Notes under the pieces: model-generated | Database searches by the model: none | What the model was told of the DNA's origin: nothing | Seen by the model: only the letters and a program-made list of their open reading frames with translations | Part shown: one piece after another, positions 23,489 to 36,758 of the stretch | How positions within the stretch are numbered: position 1 is the first letter of the stretch | How the letters are laid out: each line of letters begins with the position of its first letter | Translations under genes and position numbers: made by a program | Source: Marsupella aquatica | Lineage: Eukaryota > Plantae > Marchantiophyta | Length of the DNA: 64,000 nt | Reading direction: 5' to 3' | Assembly (NCBI GenBank): GCA_973895155.1 | Contig: OZ316891.1 | Coordinates: 10,169,875-10,233,874, forward strand

Positions 23489-26400
23489 AGCCTAGCTTCG
23501 ACATTTGATAACTTTTCAGTCTATGGCTTTGGCAATACTGTCCTTTGGGTTGCAGTTCAATATTTATAACTTTCAGTACTCTGATTGCAATCTACTGCCA
23601 GGGCAACGGAAAGAATATTTTCAGGAGGGAGGGCAATTGAACTAGATGGTCACAAACAAGAAGGCAAACAACCATCAATGCAGCATCATTGTGCTGGAAA
23701 GAGGTGTCAAAACTATGTTCCCTTTTTCTTTTTGTTAAATCACACAGTTCCCTTGTAAAGTACTCCAGGTAACCTCTAGAGTAGTTGCTTCCTCCTTTAT
23801 TGGGTCTTTTTGCCTTTGTGATCCCACTTTGGCACTTTCTGTTCTTTGATGGTGAGATGTATATTTTAATACTCCTTTTACATATAGTACAATGATGTAT
23901 ATATTGAAGAGCACATTATAATTTTGAGAATTTTAGACTATCAATGTCATCTCAACAGTTCACCACAGGGGCCCTCTAGTGCTCAAACTATAGATAAATT
24001 CACAAGAAAATAGCATCTAGAAATAATTCATATTCATTTAGAAAGCACCAAAATAAAGTTTTTAGGGCACGAGATCCTATGATGGGAAATGAGTTTGACT
24101 CAAACAAAAACTCTGTGTGTGTGTGGGGGGGGGGGGAGCGGCACAGGCGCACCAAAGGCATTTCCATTAGGGGTGTAAATTAGGGACTGTCTAACCTTGG
24201 ACTCTGTATACAGTCCGCTCTTTTTGGATACTCAACTTCAAAGATAATGTGGCAGACTTGCTTGTGGCCGAGGACTGTAACCATGTGTGCACTATCTTGT
24301 GGAGTTGTCCCAATTTGATGGGGTGCAGTGTGACTCCACTGCTACTAGGGTTGGTTTTTCTGGGGAGTTTATCTGACCCCAAAACAAATGGTTAGACTAC
24401 CTTCCAACTCTACAGTCAGTTTCATGTGACAAACCCCAGTGGTCATCGAGCTGGTGGTATATAAATGTTATCTTTCAGGGCAAACCCAGAAAAAGGAGAG
24501 GGAGTGGGGGTCACCCAAATTTGAATTGCAGCCAGGTCTACATCTCTCAACACCCTACCCCATAAACTCTCCTTCAAGGGCTACCCTCACTACAGTAATA
24601 GATTGGGAAAAGGCAAACAAGACGATTTCCATCCTGTTAGGTCACCCCCACCATCACATTGTCTGGCCATTTTAAGTAAATTGGTCCTTTTTCTTTACAT
24701 CCTAAATTAGAAGTCATTTTTAAAGCTTGACTTCTCCCATGATTGGATTGGCTACGGTATATATCCAGTTGAGGAGAACACAATTATGAGGCAACTAAAT
24801 CTGGCCAAAGTGGTGGATTAGGGCCCACCAGCAGCAGCCCAGTTCTGTCTACAGTACCTAAAATGGGCACAATAGTTGTAGTGCAGGCTCATTATTTTTG
24901 TGACAATCCAGGAACAAATCAGCATTGTGCCCCAGCCTACAGAGTCCAACCCGAATCCCTAATATGCTCAACTAGATGCAGCTCGCAAATGAGAAACTAA
25001 TAGAAAGAAAACCTGGCAACTCCTCCATGCCTTCAGCAGTGTTGTTGGGTCCAGTCTCCCTTGCATCCTCTCGAGATTCTGGATTAGCGGAACAAGTAGC
25101 ATATTTGAGCCGAGCTTGCTCTGGTAGTCCTTCTCCTCCCCCCTGTAGCTCGGGCAGCTGCTCCCTCACCTGTGTTTGCCCTTGCAAGAGTGATCACTCA
25201 TGTTCACAGCTCGTGCCTTTCCATGGCTGCGTCTTGTTCCTTCCTTGGACAACTTGGTTCTCGCAATCATGGAGGATCAATGGAGATTGAGGCCCCTGCG
25301 CAATAGGAGATGGAGATTGGGTGCAGCGCACAGTCTGGCCGGAAGAAGCTGCAGCACGCAAGATGCACAGTGTGATACTATTGACAAGAAGTTTTTTCTG
25401 CTGAAAATCAAGGCTGAAAAGATTTTCAGTCAAGCCCTAAAGTGTTCAACCCTGTTTAGTTAACCGTAGTTAGTTATACTCAACTCACCCATCATTGACT
25501 ATTTTACGGATATCTCTAAAGCCCCAGAATTTCATCCAGATATACAAAACTCATGGAGTGAGGGACACAAGTATGATACAAAACAAGACCCGCACACCAT
25601 TATCTTAGCACCTCACAACTTCATTTTTTTAAGCAATCATGAACACATTATACACTATCATAAACAACAAAATTATCTTGAGACCGGGAGTCCTTCCAAA
25701 AATCAACATAAACAAAATGAGTCTTCTTAGATAGAATGCTAAGAAACAAATTCGCCTAGGGCTGGTGGCCTACTCGGTTTTCAGATCATCTATCTATACA
25801 CTATTTTCTCTTTACTAGTGTCCTTTGTGTGCCATGTGTATCTTGTAGGCTATTGGTAGCAACTCACTATGGCACACATGAGGTCACACTTGCAAATCTT
25901 GACCGGGGAGTGATTGTGTGAAAGGTGGAAAGACCCTATAAGGATTAAATCAAAAATAATTCCCTCTTGAAAAGAGGTATCCCTTCAAGGCTAAAGGTGT
26001 GCAAAACATTAAAGTAAAAGTAAAAAATGCAAAGGAATGCGACCCAACAAGGGTCATTAAAACATAAATTGCATCAAAAAAACTTTACGAAACAAAAACT
26101 GAAAGGTAGTTCGCTTACTATCTTTCCAAGAAACATTTCCCAAGCTGCTAATGTATAAATGCATAAATCTTGTTTGAACTACAAGATTCCTTCCTCGAGT
26201 CTGCTCAATGAACAGTAAGGTTTTCATGTAAGAGTTTTCTTTCCTGAGTCTAGCCTTGACCATTAAGGTTGGTACGAATAGCCATTATGGAATCTAGACT
26301 TGCAACTTCTTTTTAAGTAATGGTGAAATTTTCAGCAATATGTCATATGTTGACCTGGTGGAAGTCAGAACGGGAGTCAGAACCAATGCGTTGCTCCTCC

Positions 26401-29400
26401 ACCCTCCCCCAGGGGCTTGATTGTGCTTTGACCCATTGGCCATTGTCTTGCTTGGAACAGTGAAAATAGCTTCTCTCCAATTAAAAAATTAAAATAGGTA
26501 GAGTGAAACAGAGGGAGCTCTTGGCACATTTCAGGTAACTTGCTTGTACTTTACCTTTTGCTTGTGAATAAAAAGTTTGCTCTCAAAACCAAATAAAGAG
26601 AACAAAAACAAAGGGAGTCAATGGGAGTAGATTTAAGGGGAAAGGTCTCGGAAGTGAATTGGGTCTTCAACCTTCCAAGTCAAGCTGTAATTGTGGGGAC
26701 TATGTAAATAAATCTCTTTCCTGGGTCTACAACTATAAAGATAGAAGCAAAGTCCTTCATTGTCCAGGAAGTTCTCTAGGGGAATCAAACTCTTGCTTAT
26801 TGTTTGCAATAAAAATACACGCTAAGTTCAATTAGAGAAGGGCCAAACAAAGTACAATGAGGAAAATACTAAAGAGGTCCAAAGCTGACAAACACTAAAC
26901 TCAAAACAAAGAGTCTTTGTTTTCTTTGCAAGGAAGGAAACCTGGCCTTGGGGTTTCACTTAGTGTATGTTTTAGCATACTATATGTGTACGGACCTAAT
27001 TAAAATACCCTTTTAATTGGAAGCTTGTGCGGCTCCATTCTGACGGTCTGGGCTCAAGAAATGATGGTGGTCAATGAAGTGCTAACACTAAGAAAGTATT
27101 GTCTATTGTCCACGTCCATCAACATTATCATTCTTAAACTATATAGTCTGTGACCTGAGTGATAGCTGGCAAAGCTCAATTTCAGTGATTCCTCATTGCA
27201 ATCATGGAGCCTGTTTGGGGACTGACAGTGAAGGCACAATGTGTCTGCAGCTATATCTTTGTAGCCCTCGGAATCACATAGAGTGGATAAAGTGCACAAC
27301 AGGGGCAAAAGACAATGTAATTTTGCTCTCTCCAAATGTGATGACATAACATGTCCATGAGTAGGAAGATGGTGATGTTGAATAGGAGCTCCCTGGAATG
27401 TTGTGTGGTCAACAAATTCTCAAAAACATTTCACTGCGTGTGCAGAAGCCAACAGTCATGAAACTTGACGGAAAGTGAGAATATAGAGCACATGTTAATG
27501 ACGAAACATAATTTCTTCAGCTACAGGAGGAAAATAGTATAGCTTTGCCCCAAACCATTTTATTTTTGCAAAATGGAAGTCTGACTTGGGAGGGAGGTGT
27601 TAGGAGTTGCACCTCCTCTTTTCTGATGAAATATCATTTATTTTGCCAAACCCTAAAACCACACTTGATGTCTATTTAGCAAAGTATCCCTCGAAGTAGC
27701 AACATCCTTTGGACATGTAAGCACATGTGTCTTTTGTGTCTTGCAGCTGTTCCAGTTTTCCTGGGTCAAGCCTTGTCTTGGGGCCCAAGGTCTTTGTTGT
27801 CCTTCCTTGCAGTAAAAGTATGACGAATTGCCCTCATCCAGGGCTACAATCTAGGAGGGGTTCCTCTTTTACTTCCCCACGCAAAAAAGGAACACCCGTC
27901 ACTAACTATAACAACCCACACTGCAGCGCTAGATACTCTCACTCCTATACTCTCCATCAATTTTTTGGGTGGGCAGCATTTGCTAGATTCCACCTCGGTG
28001 AGGATCTTTTTGCCAGTTTGGCAAAAATTAGCTACACTAGGTTTTTTGTCTTCCATAAGCCAGTGTCCCACCTATTCACAGACCCCCATTTTCCAGAATC
28101 TGATGGTTATCATGAAATCTAGGGAGATCCGACAGGTTAAAAGATAATTAAGAAAATTAAGGGGGTATCCTACCTTTTCCTTGACAGGCGAAGATGCTAA
28201 GAATATTAACGTCATCTTGGGCTAATATCACATTTTTGCCAAGGTGACACTAGCCACCTTGGCGAAAAAGAAAAAACCTATGCATTAAACTTATGCTGCT
28301 CCACGTCCATGTCATTGATGCCAATCCCTGGCATCTCAGGACATCCAGCGGAGGACCTCGGTCCACACGTACAGCTACCCGTCCATCCCCACGCCAAGTC
28401 CCTGACATTCGAGGACTTCAACAAGGAACATCTCAGCCCAGCCCAGCCCAGCCTGCCATCCTCCCCATCCCGTCCCTCCCCAACATACACTCCGTGGACT
28501 GCACTCCGTCCGTCCTGTCCCGTTCGTCCCCTCCCCAACACAGTACCCCGACTCCACTCCGTCCATCCACTCCAACCACGTATACTAGAGTACTAGAGGA
28601 CTCTGGCGAGACGAGAACGCTCTACCGTACTGTAGTTACCCAACTACAGTACAGTACAGGTGGCGAGCCCACACTGTCCTCGCTACAGGTACACAGTAGC
28701 TCGTTCCAATTCCGCTTGTACAGTACCGTAGTACGGTCCCTTACATACTCAGATTTGCGCGCGGTCCTGACTACAGTAGACTAGTCGTAGACTGTATTGG
28801 ACTGTAGCGGCGATCATGACGTGGCGTGACCTGACGGGCGAGGGCGAGGGCGAGGGCGGGAGGGAGGAGTGGACGGAGTGATGACTGATGAGGTCTCATC
28901 GGAAGAAAGCAATCTGTTGATTTGTTGTTTCCTCCTCTTCCTGCTCCTCCTCCTCCTCTTACTCGTCCTCGGCTCGGCCCTCCCCTGTTCTGTACACTGC
29001 TCTCTGCTCTGCTCTTTCCTCTGCCTCGCTTTTGGGGTCCTTTGCTGTGCTGTGTCAGTCTGGCCATTGCTGTGAGGGCTGCTTGGATTCGCGGTGCCCT
29101 GCCCTGCCCCTTGCTTTTTTTTCCTTTCCAGGCAATTCCATTCCGGGCTCGCCCTCCTTTGGATTTGCTTTGCTCCGGCGCTTTTTAAATTAACTTACCT
29201 ACCTTTCAGCCTTTCAGGGCTTCTTCCCGGATTTGCGATTTGCTTCTCCAGGACTGTTTCGCAAAGCGCAAGGATCAAGGTGGCTTTTTGATTTCTTCCC
29301 GGGCGCTTTGCCTCAGTTTCCTTTCTCCTTCTTGTTCCCGGGCTTGTTGTTTTACCTTTGGTTTGATTGCTGCTCTGCAGGCGTGTAGTGCGGGGTAAGC

Positions 29401-30063
29401 AAGAATCCAGGAGGGTTTCTGGAACTGTACTTTTATTTCTTGCCGGGCTTGCCTCCGTTGGATTGATTTCTGCTGGGGGCCTTTCCTCGCAAGGTGTCCA
29501 GTAGTGCAAAGCAAGGATCGAGGAGCCTTCCTCGTTCTTCCCGATTGCCTCGTGCCTCTCATCGTCAGCGTCAGCGGAGAGGAAGCGAGACAATAAGCCA
29601 GGGGAGGAGGGGAGGGGAGGGACGAGAAAGAGGAAAAAAAGTCGGCGCGGCGCAGTGTGCGCGTTTGCCCTGTCTGTCTGCCTATCTGTCGTATGCCCTT
29701 TTTTCGTGTGTCTGTTTGCGTGTTAATAAAGTTCCCACGGCATTGCGTACCATCGTCCCGTTCTGCTGCTCACCTGGACATTTTTCTTTCTTCTGCTGCA
29801 CCGGTTCTTTACACTGCTATTACTCGGCAGTGGAACGAAAGCTGTGCTGAGGAGGCGGTACTGCGTAGTGCTCGCGGTGGTTGTCATTGCGGTGCCGCAG
29901 AAGGCTAGGGTTGAAGGCAGGGACTCTTCGTTCTTCCCTCGTTCAGAGAACGAACGAGTAGACCTTCGAACGGACATCGGTGAGCGGCGGGCGGGCTATA
30001 TTCTGAGTGGGAGTTTTTGGAACTGCCGAGAGTACGGTATTGGTGCAGCATTTCACGAAGGAT

Positions 30064-33000
30064 ATGAGCAACGCAGGAGGCTCGGACAATCCTCCTGCAT
30101 TCCAGATGTCGGATCTGGGGGCGACACTTCCTGGCACAGGTCCGCTTTCCTTCATCTGTGCTATTCGACGCCTTTCTCTCACTCCTATTGCCGAAATGTT
30201 CACCTTCCTCTTGCGGACTGCGACATGGCCTTTTGTCGTGACTTAAATCTTGCGGCTGCCAAGCCCTGATGGCAGTCAACAGAACGCACCCGCAAGTCCA
30301 AATATCACACGGTCGATGATATGTTTGGAGATGAATTTGCAGCCTCCAGAAGGTCACGTTCACAGCGTCCATTTCTTCCTCTCATTGAACAAGAAAGTCC
30401 GTGGTGAAGTATTTCTGAAAGTCAGACTTGTCGTCCTCTAGTAGTGTAGTTTGGGATCACTATCCGTGCCTGGAAGTTGGTAAGGATTGGTTGGAATAGC
30501 AGTCTGGCACGCAAATGCTTGACGTTCGGTACAGGTATTCGCGATTCTTCCCGACTTTTAGTTGGACTTCCCCAATGATCGTTAGCTTCGCCGCGGATGG
30601 TTTGGCTTCCCATCCTAATGGACTTTGGATGGTGCTGCAGGTCTGAGTGCGGCGGACCGCGCAGGACTGGTCAGTGTTCTGAAGGTTGGTGCATTCTCGT
30701 CCCCTGTGCTGTTATCGAATGTTGTAACACTTACCATCCTTGGCTTTCTGATTTCGGTTTCATGATGTTTATCTCTCTCCAGGACAAGCTCCAGTTCCTT
30801 GCAGGGCAATCTTCTGGGTACCTCGAATCTCTATCCCCTAATGTGAAGGACCGAGTCGCCGTTCTTCAATCACTTCAGGTTGGCAGGCTGACATTGAAAA
30901 GCCGAATTTTGTTCCTCCATGATTTCCTCGTGAAATCAAGTCTAGAAATTGTTTGTTTCGACACTTTTATGCTGGAAACCTAATTGGTACTCATGTTTGG
31001 GTTGACTTAAGGTTTTCTGATGAGGATGGGAAAGAGCTGATAGTTACTTCTGTTGTGTCAGAGTGAGCATGATGAGCTTGAGGCGAAGTTTCACGAGGAA
31101 AGAGCTGCATTAGAAGCTAAATACCAAAAGTTGTATGACCCACTTTATAGAAAGGTAAGGTCTGGGTTCCTGTTGATTATGATGCCTCTGAAGCTTAGGT
31201 GCTATGGTTTCCTAACAGCAGTTGTTCACGAAAATTTTCTTTAAGGTGCAGCGTACTGAATTTTATTTTATCTCACCAAGCCTTTTGACCAGGGTCATGT
31301 ACAGCTTTCAGTCTCTGTCATGTCTTGGATTAGTAGGGGCTTTTGGCTTACTGGTTTAATTGCACAATGGAAAGGTCTTTACTTTCCTTTTTAGTGGTGT
31401 TATTTTTAGACAACTCCGCAATGAAAACATAGGTCCAGGCATCGGGAATGAGTTTGTTATCCTTAGCTCGATCCTACCTATTCTTGTTGTTGATGGCATA
31501 GTGTTAACTGGAAGTTGTGTGCCATTCCTCACACATTGTTTTCCCTTTTCCGCAGCGCTCTGATATTGTGAATGGAGTTGTAGATGTTGAACACAAGGCA
31601 CCTGAAGGAGAGACACCTCTTCAAGCCGACAAGGATGATGGTTTTCCCTCACCCTAACTGTAACTCCGAACGAGATTTTTTTAAGCTACCGACGGACCTG
31701 TTCTTGCCTTAGATGACAGAATGAAGAGAATGGAGCGTGAAAGGTTCTAGATATAATTTTGGGTCAGTTGGCAGTTGAATAAGTTTTTTAATCCAATGGG
31801 ATGAAAACCTTTGGTGTGCAGAGAAAGGTGTCCCTGAGTTCTGGCTAACTGCCATGAAAACGAATGAGATATTGGCTATCCAGGTATAAGCATCCTGTGG
31901 TTCAGTCTCACCGTTGTCCATCCGTTTAGAACCTTATCACTACATATTTTTATTAGGATTTAAAAGAGAAATCAGATGCTGTCCTCCTTTCATGTATGTG
32001 TCCTTGGGATGGTCCTGACTCAAAGCGTCTTCTCAGATCACGGAGCGTGATGAGGGTGCTCTAAAATACTTGAAAGACATCAAATGGAGCAACTTGGAAG
32101 ATAACAAGGGATTTAAGCTTGACTTCTATTTTGAACCCAATCCTTATTTCAAGAACACATTGGTAAGTCAACGGCGATGCTTTTACTCTTGTATGCTGGC
32201 GCCGGGCTTCGTGAGCCCTTATTTTGCGGACCTAAGTATGAGCGAGTTCTTTTATCACATAAGTGAAGATGAGGAACGAGACTAACTGATTTATTTTCCT
32301 GTACAGCTTACTAAGACTTATCACATGATCGATGACGATGAACCGATCTTGGAACGTGCTGTGGGGTAAGTTAATCAACCAGCGTGTAAAAAAAGCCGCG
32401 CGTTAATCAGATAGATATTTACTCAGGAAGGGATGAGATAAAGATCATGTTCCCGGGCAAGAGTATCTATCGTTTCACTGGGGCAAGGAGGTGATTAGGG
32501 CCCGGCGATGCGATGCAATTCAAGACTTAGCGTAGTAACACTAAAAGTTAGCATGTGGACAGAGTTAGAGGGAATTATAGTTGAACTACGGTTGTCGATT
32601 AGATTATTGGGCTAGAATTTGATGGTGTTAGTTCAAGCAGTAATGAAAGGTTTATGTCCGGATAACCTCCATCACGATACTAGGAGGGTGAGAGAATTAT
32701 TTACGCAGGAATTATGAAGATGTGAGTTGGGAACTTTGATTGCGAGGCATAGACTCCTGCCCTTGCTGACCTCTTCAGGCTATGTAGTCCATGAGATGAG
32801 ATGTTTCAGTGGAAATGTTCTGTACGATGCTTCTCAATCGTTGCCCAACTATCATATGCAAGAGTCCTAACGGTTTTGGAGTTCGACAATATTTGTGCAG
32901 CACCGAGATCGAGTGGAGTGTCACGAAAAATTTAACTCAAAAGGTGATGAAGAAGAAACCAAAGAAAACAACCAAGAATACCAAGCCTGTCACCAAGATA

Positions 33001-34320
33001 GAGCAGTGCGAAAGTTTCTTCAACTTTTTCAACCCACCCCAAGTACCTGATGATGATGATATTGACCAAGAGACAGTGAGTAAATTCTTTTTTGTGCTTT
33101 CTATTTGTGTGTTCTTTTTACCTTCTGTAGTCGAGTCTTGCCTTTCCCTATCGACTGATACTTTCTATATTGCTTCCAGGCTGAACAGTTGCAAGAGTTG
33201 ATGGAGCAAGATTATGATGTCGGGTAGGTCCGCTTAAACTTTCTCTGAAGTTGTGCAACCGTCTCTACTGAGCCTAGCGTTTGACTAGCGTTCCTTGTCG
33301 ATTTGTCTCCCAAGACATTGATTATGAATGTAACGAATGCAATTGGAGTCTATTATGATGTAACGAATGCAACTGTCATGAAGCGTGCTCTATTTCGTCT
33401 CTAGCATATGCATCAAACTTTCTTGTGACGTCCAGGGTAGGACAGGTGGTGTTGCTATCATTCTAGCCGCGATTTTTCTCGATTTGGCCGTTGTTGCATG
33501 TGTTGTTATTCAGGCCGTTGAATCTGCTTATTTAAGTCTTGGAATTGAGATTCACGAACAGTTTATTCCGTCTTATTTCTCTTACCATCCCTGATCACAA
33601 TTCGCCAATTTTGTCTCCTTACAGTTCTACCGTCAGGGACAAGATTATTCCCCATGCTGTCTCCTGGTTTACCGGAGAGGCATTACAAGCAGAGGACTAT
33701 GATGTTGAGGATGATGATGGTGAAGATGATGAGGATGATGAGGATGACGAAGACGACGAAGATGATGATGAGGATGATGATGAGGAGGAGGAGGAGGATG
33801 AAGAGGAGGAGGAGGATGTCCGTGTTCGGAAGGTAAGTGATGCAGTGTGTGATGGTGGACAGAATGTGAAAGGCTGTCCCTGACTTGTTGGTACTTTATA
33901 GCTAACCATTATCATGTGCGGCATTTATATTACAATATGCTACGTCTCATCCATGATACTATTTTCAGTTATAGGGTCTCTTAATTGAAGCCATTTTCTG
34001 AATTTTTTTATGTGGTTCTCTCTGCCAGCAGAGAGGTGGGCTTGCACCAAAGGTGAGATTCGTAGCCAAACAATTGTGGTTCAAAACTTGTTCCCACACA
34101 TGTTCCTCTACCTGTCAGATCTTAGGTCAGGAGAAGATATAGCAGCCACTTTTGTTTGCTCTTCGAGCAGAGTTTTGCGACTTCTGCACCAGAGAGACTC
34201 TGTCCATTTTCTCGCTCCCATCTCACATATTTGGGGACTGAATTTCAGGGTGCACCAAAGGGTGGTTCAGCAGCAGCAGGGCAAGGTGTTGAGCAACCAC
34301 CAGACTGCAAACAGCAATGA
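30064..34320 (+). CDS. NAP1: Nucleosome assembly protein 1 (NAP1 family histone chaperone), 13 exons
   Basis: Exons 30064-30139, 30641-30684, 30783-30878, 31062-31154, 31556-31640, 31822-31883, 32037-32162, 32307-32365, 32901-33075, 33180-33223, 33625-33832, 34029(or 34032)-34052 and 34249-34320. Motifs [81 protein letters not shown], an acidic tail and the C-terminal CKQQ farnesylation box. Confidence 0.97.
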
Positions 34321-36430
34321 GCAAAATCTGCACTGCACTAGATTGGCGGTCGACTTTGTACTCTTTTTCCTTCAGATCTTTTTCAGACAGCATTTGTTCA
34401 TCTTCTGGTTATTCTGGGGACATTTGGACTCAAGCGAGTCCTTTGAAAGGTAGAGCGTATGATACCATCTCTTAGTTTTTTAGGCTTCCACTATTAGGGA
34501 GGAGCTGTCGTTTCTGCAGTTGGGTAGGTTAAGGACAGCTAGATTTTATTAGGGTACAGGAGTTATATCGACTTGTGCCATGTATTAATAACGGGGTAGG
34601 ACAGTAAGGAGCGAGGAGTCAGAGATCTGACGCCTCTACCATTCTTCCCTAGTTTTTTGCTCACCTAAATATTTCAGTCCTGTTCCTTTTAGGTTGTCGT
34701 AGTCTTTAAAATTATTTGAGAAGTTGAATCTGATTCTCTTCTACTTCCATAGCCTGTTCGTCTCATGTGGAGTTGAGTCTCTCCTAGAGCTTGAGATTCT
34801 CAAATGAACTGCAATGGTGAGAAAGCACATGAGTCTGAGTGTCAGAAGCGCATGGATGTGTGTTGTGTCTGTTTTGAATCTTTGTGTTCGCGACCACGAA
34901 GTCTAAGGAGGTATAGTTACCGCTCGGACGTTTATTTAGTCGACACTGAAACTTTTGTTCAGCAGCATTCAAGCACCATTTGAGGGTTTAGTTTATTTAG
35001 CCGTCACTGAAATTCTTGTTCTGCAGCATGCGTTTGCGATCACAAAGTCTGAGGAGGTATGGGTACCGCACGGACGTCGATGTAGTCGACACTGATATTC
35101 TTGTCAACAGCATTCAAACACCATTGAGGCATGTGTACCGCAAGGCTCCTCTAATGTTGGGTGTAACAAGTGGCATTAGTTTGGTTTTTGGGGGGCCCTA
35201 GGCATGTTCGTCGGCCGTGTCAGTCAAGGACATGACACTAAGCTTCTGTTAGGAATGCCGGAAGAAGTCTGATGTCCCACATGAGCTGAAGACGGGTATC
35301 CATCCCTAAATTCGTTCGAGATAGTTGAGCCATCCTGTTCTACGAGGAAATATCTAGTGCGAGTAATTTGTACATTGGAGGAGTTTTCACGATGGCATGT
35401 CTCCAAACCCTCTCTTTCAATTCCTGCTCCAGCTCCTGACTAACCATTGTCGCCCATCTCATCGATACCCAACACCAGATGCAGCCATGGTCAGATTAGG
35501 ACGCTTACAATCCGGGGCCAGGTGGGGCTTGTGACACTCCTCGCACTCGCACTCAGCTCACACAAGGTGCTGCGGCTGGTCTAGTCTTTAAGCTTGGCTG
35601 TGACTAATATATGACTAATATGTGACTGCGTGAACACATCCCCTCTCGTTGTAATAGGTGAAGTTTACGTGTTATTCTCAGGAATGCTAGGAAGAGGTCT
35701 TGGGTCATGTCAAGGAAGGCTTTCAGAAAGTATAGATGGGTTATACGGAGAGGTCTTGGGTCATGTCAAGGAATACATTTAGAAAGCATAGATGGGTCAT
35801 TTCTTATAAAAGCACACAAAACAGGGTTTTTGGGTGCTGTAAGGGAAGGCCACAACAAAGCTCACAAGGGTCGCTTTTCATCAGCAGGAATGCAAAAACG
35901 AGGATTTTGGGCCCTGTTCGGGCAGGCTTTCCCCAATACCTTAGCTGCAAACTGTTTATCAAACGTTGCCGAATTTTGGATAGAGCGGAACTTCTCCGTC
36001 AGGTTGGCTTAACTGAGCGCCCAATGATATGGTAAAATGAATTAATGTGAATTATCACTACGGTCAAGGTAACTCCTCCTCGACAATATATGGGATACTG
36101 AAAACTGCCTAAGAGTAAGCCACTAAACCAGCATGTAAAACATAGGCTTTATACTGTCGTACTTCTCTTGGTACTTCTCATTAAGACCATGATGTTTTAA
36201 TTAGTTTATGAAATAAAAAATTAAGGCATTTTAACTTATTGATAATAAATTTTACTGTACCTTATTTAGAGTACTTGTGACTTTAATCAGTTTATGAAAT
36301 CCCATATTATTCAAATATATTGAAAAAATAATTTTTCTAAGAAACTAAATGAAATAAAAATGCACAACTTGAAAGTAAGGAGAGGTATTGTTCCTTACTT
36401 TCTGGGCGAAAGAGAAGACAGGACATTAAA

Positions 36431-36758
36431 TAAATGCACTCCTAGCCCACACATGACTTTGTGGTAATTCACTTGAGGAGAGACTGATAAAATGCACTCC
36501 TAGCCCACACACATGACTGTGTGGTAGTTCACTTGAGGAGAGACTGATAGGTTTTGTGGTATGTGTGGTATGAGGAGAGACTCATAGGTCTTGGGTTCAA
36601 TTGTTGTTATGGGTAACTTTTTTCCGCTGTTGTGATTGACTCTATTCTTTCTGTGGGGTTTCATAGATTTCCCCTATAAAAGGGAGGAAAATAATGGAAA
36701 CTTCTTTCTGTGGGGTTTCATAGATTTCCCCTATAAAAGGGAGGAAAATAATGGAAAC
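36431..36758. repeat. Two adjacent tandem duplications (~59 bp and ~56 bp)
   Basis: AAATGCACTCCTAGCCCACACATGACT.TGTGGTA.TTCACTTGAGGAGAGACTGATA twice (36431-36549); TTCTTTCTGTGGGGTTTCATAGATTTCCCCTATAAAAGGGAGGAAAATAATGGAAAC twice (36645-36758). Confidence 0.85.

Noticed and set aside
28278-30060. GC-rich ORFs upstream of NAP1
   Set aside because: The region has promoter/5' UTR-type low-complexity sequence, is open in many frames and shows no motifs.
33654-33924. Poly-Met/Arg and poly-Ser ORFs
   Set aside because: They are alternative frames and the antisense of the NAP1 acidic tail.
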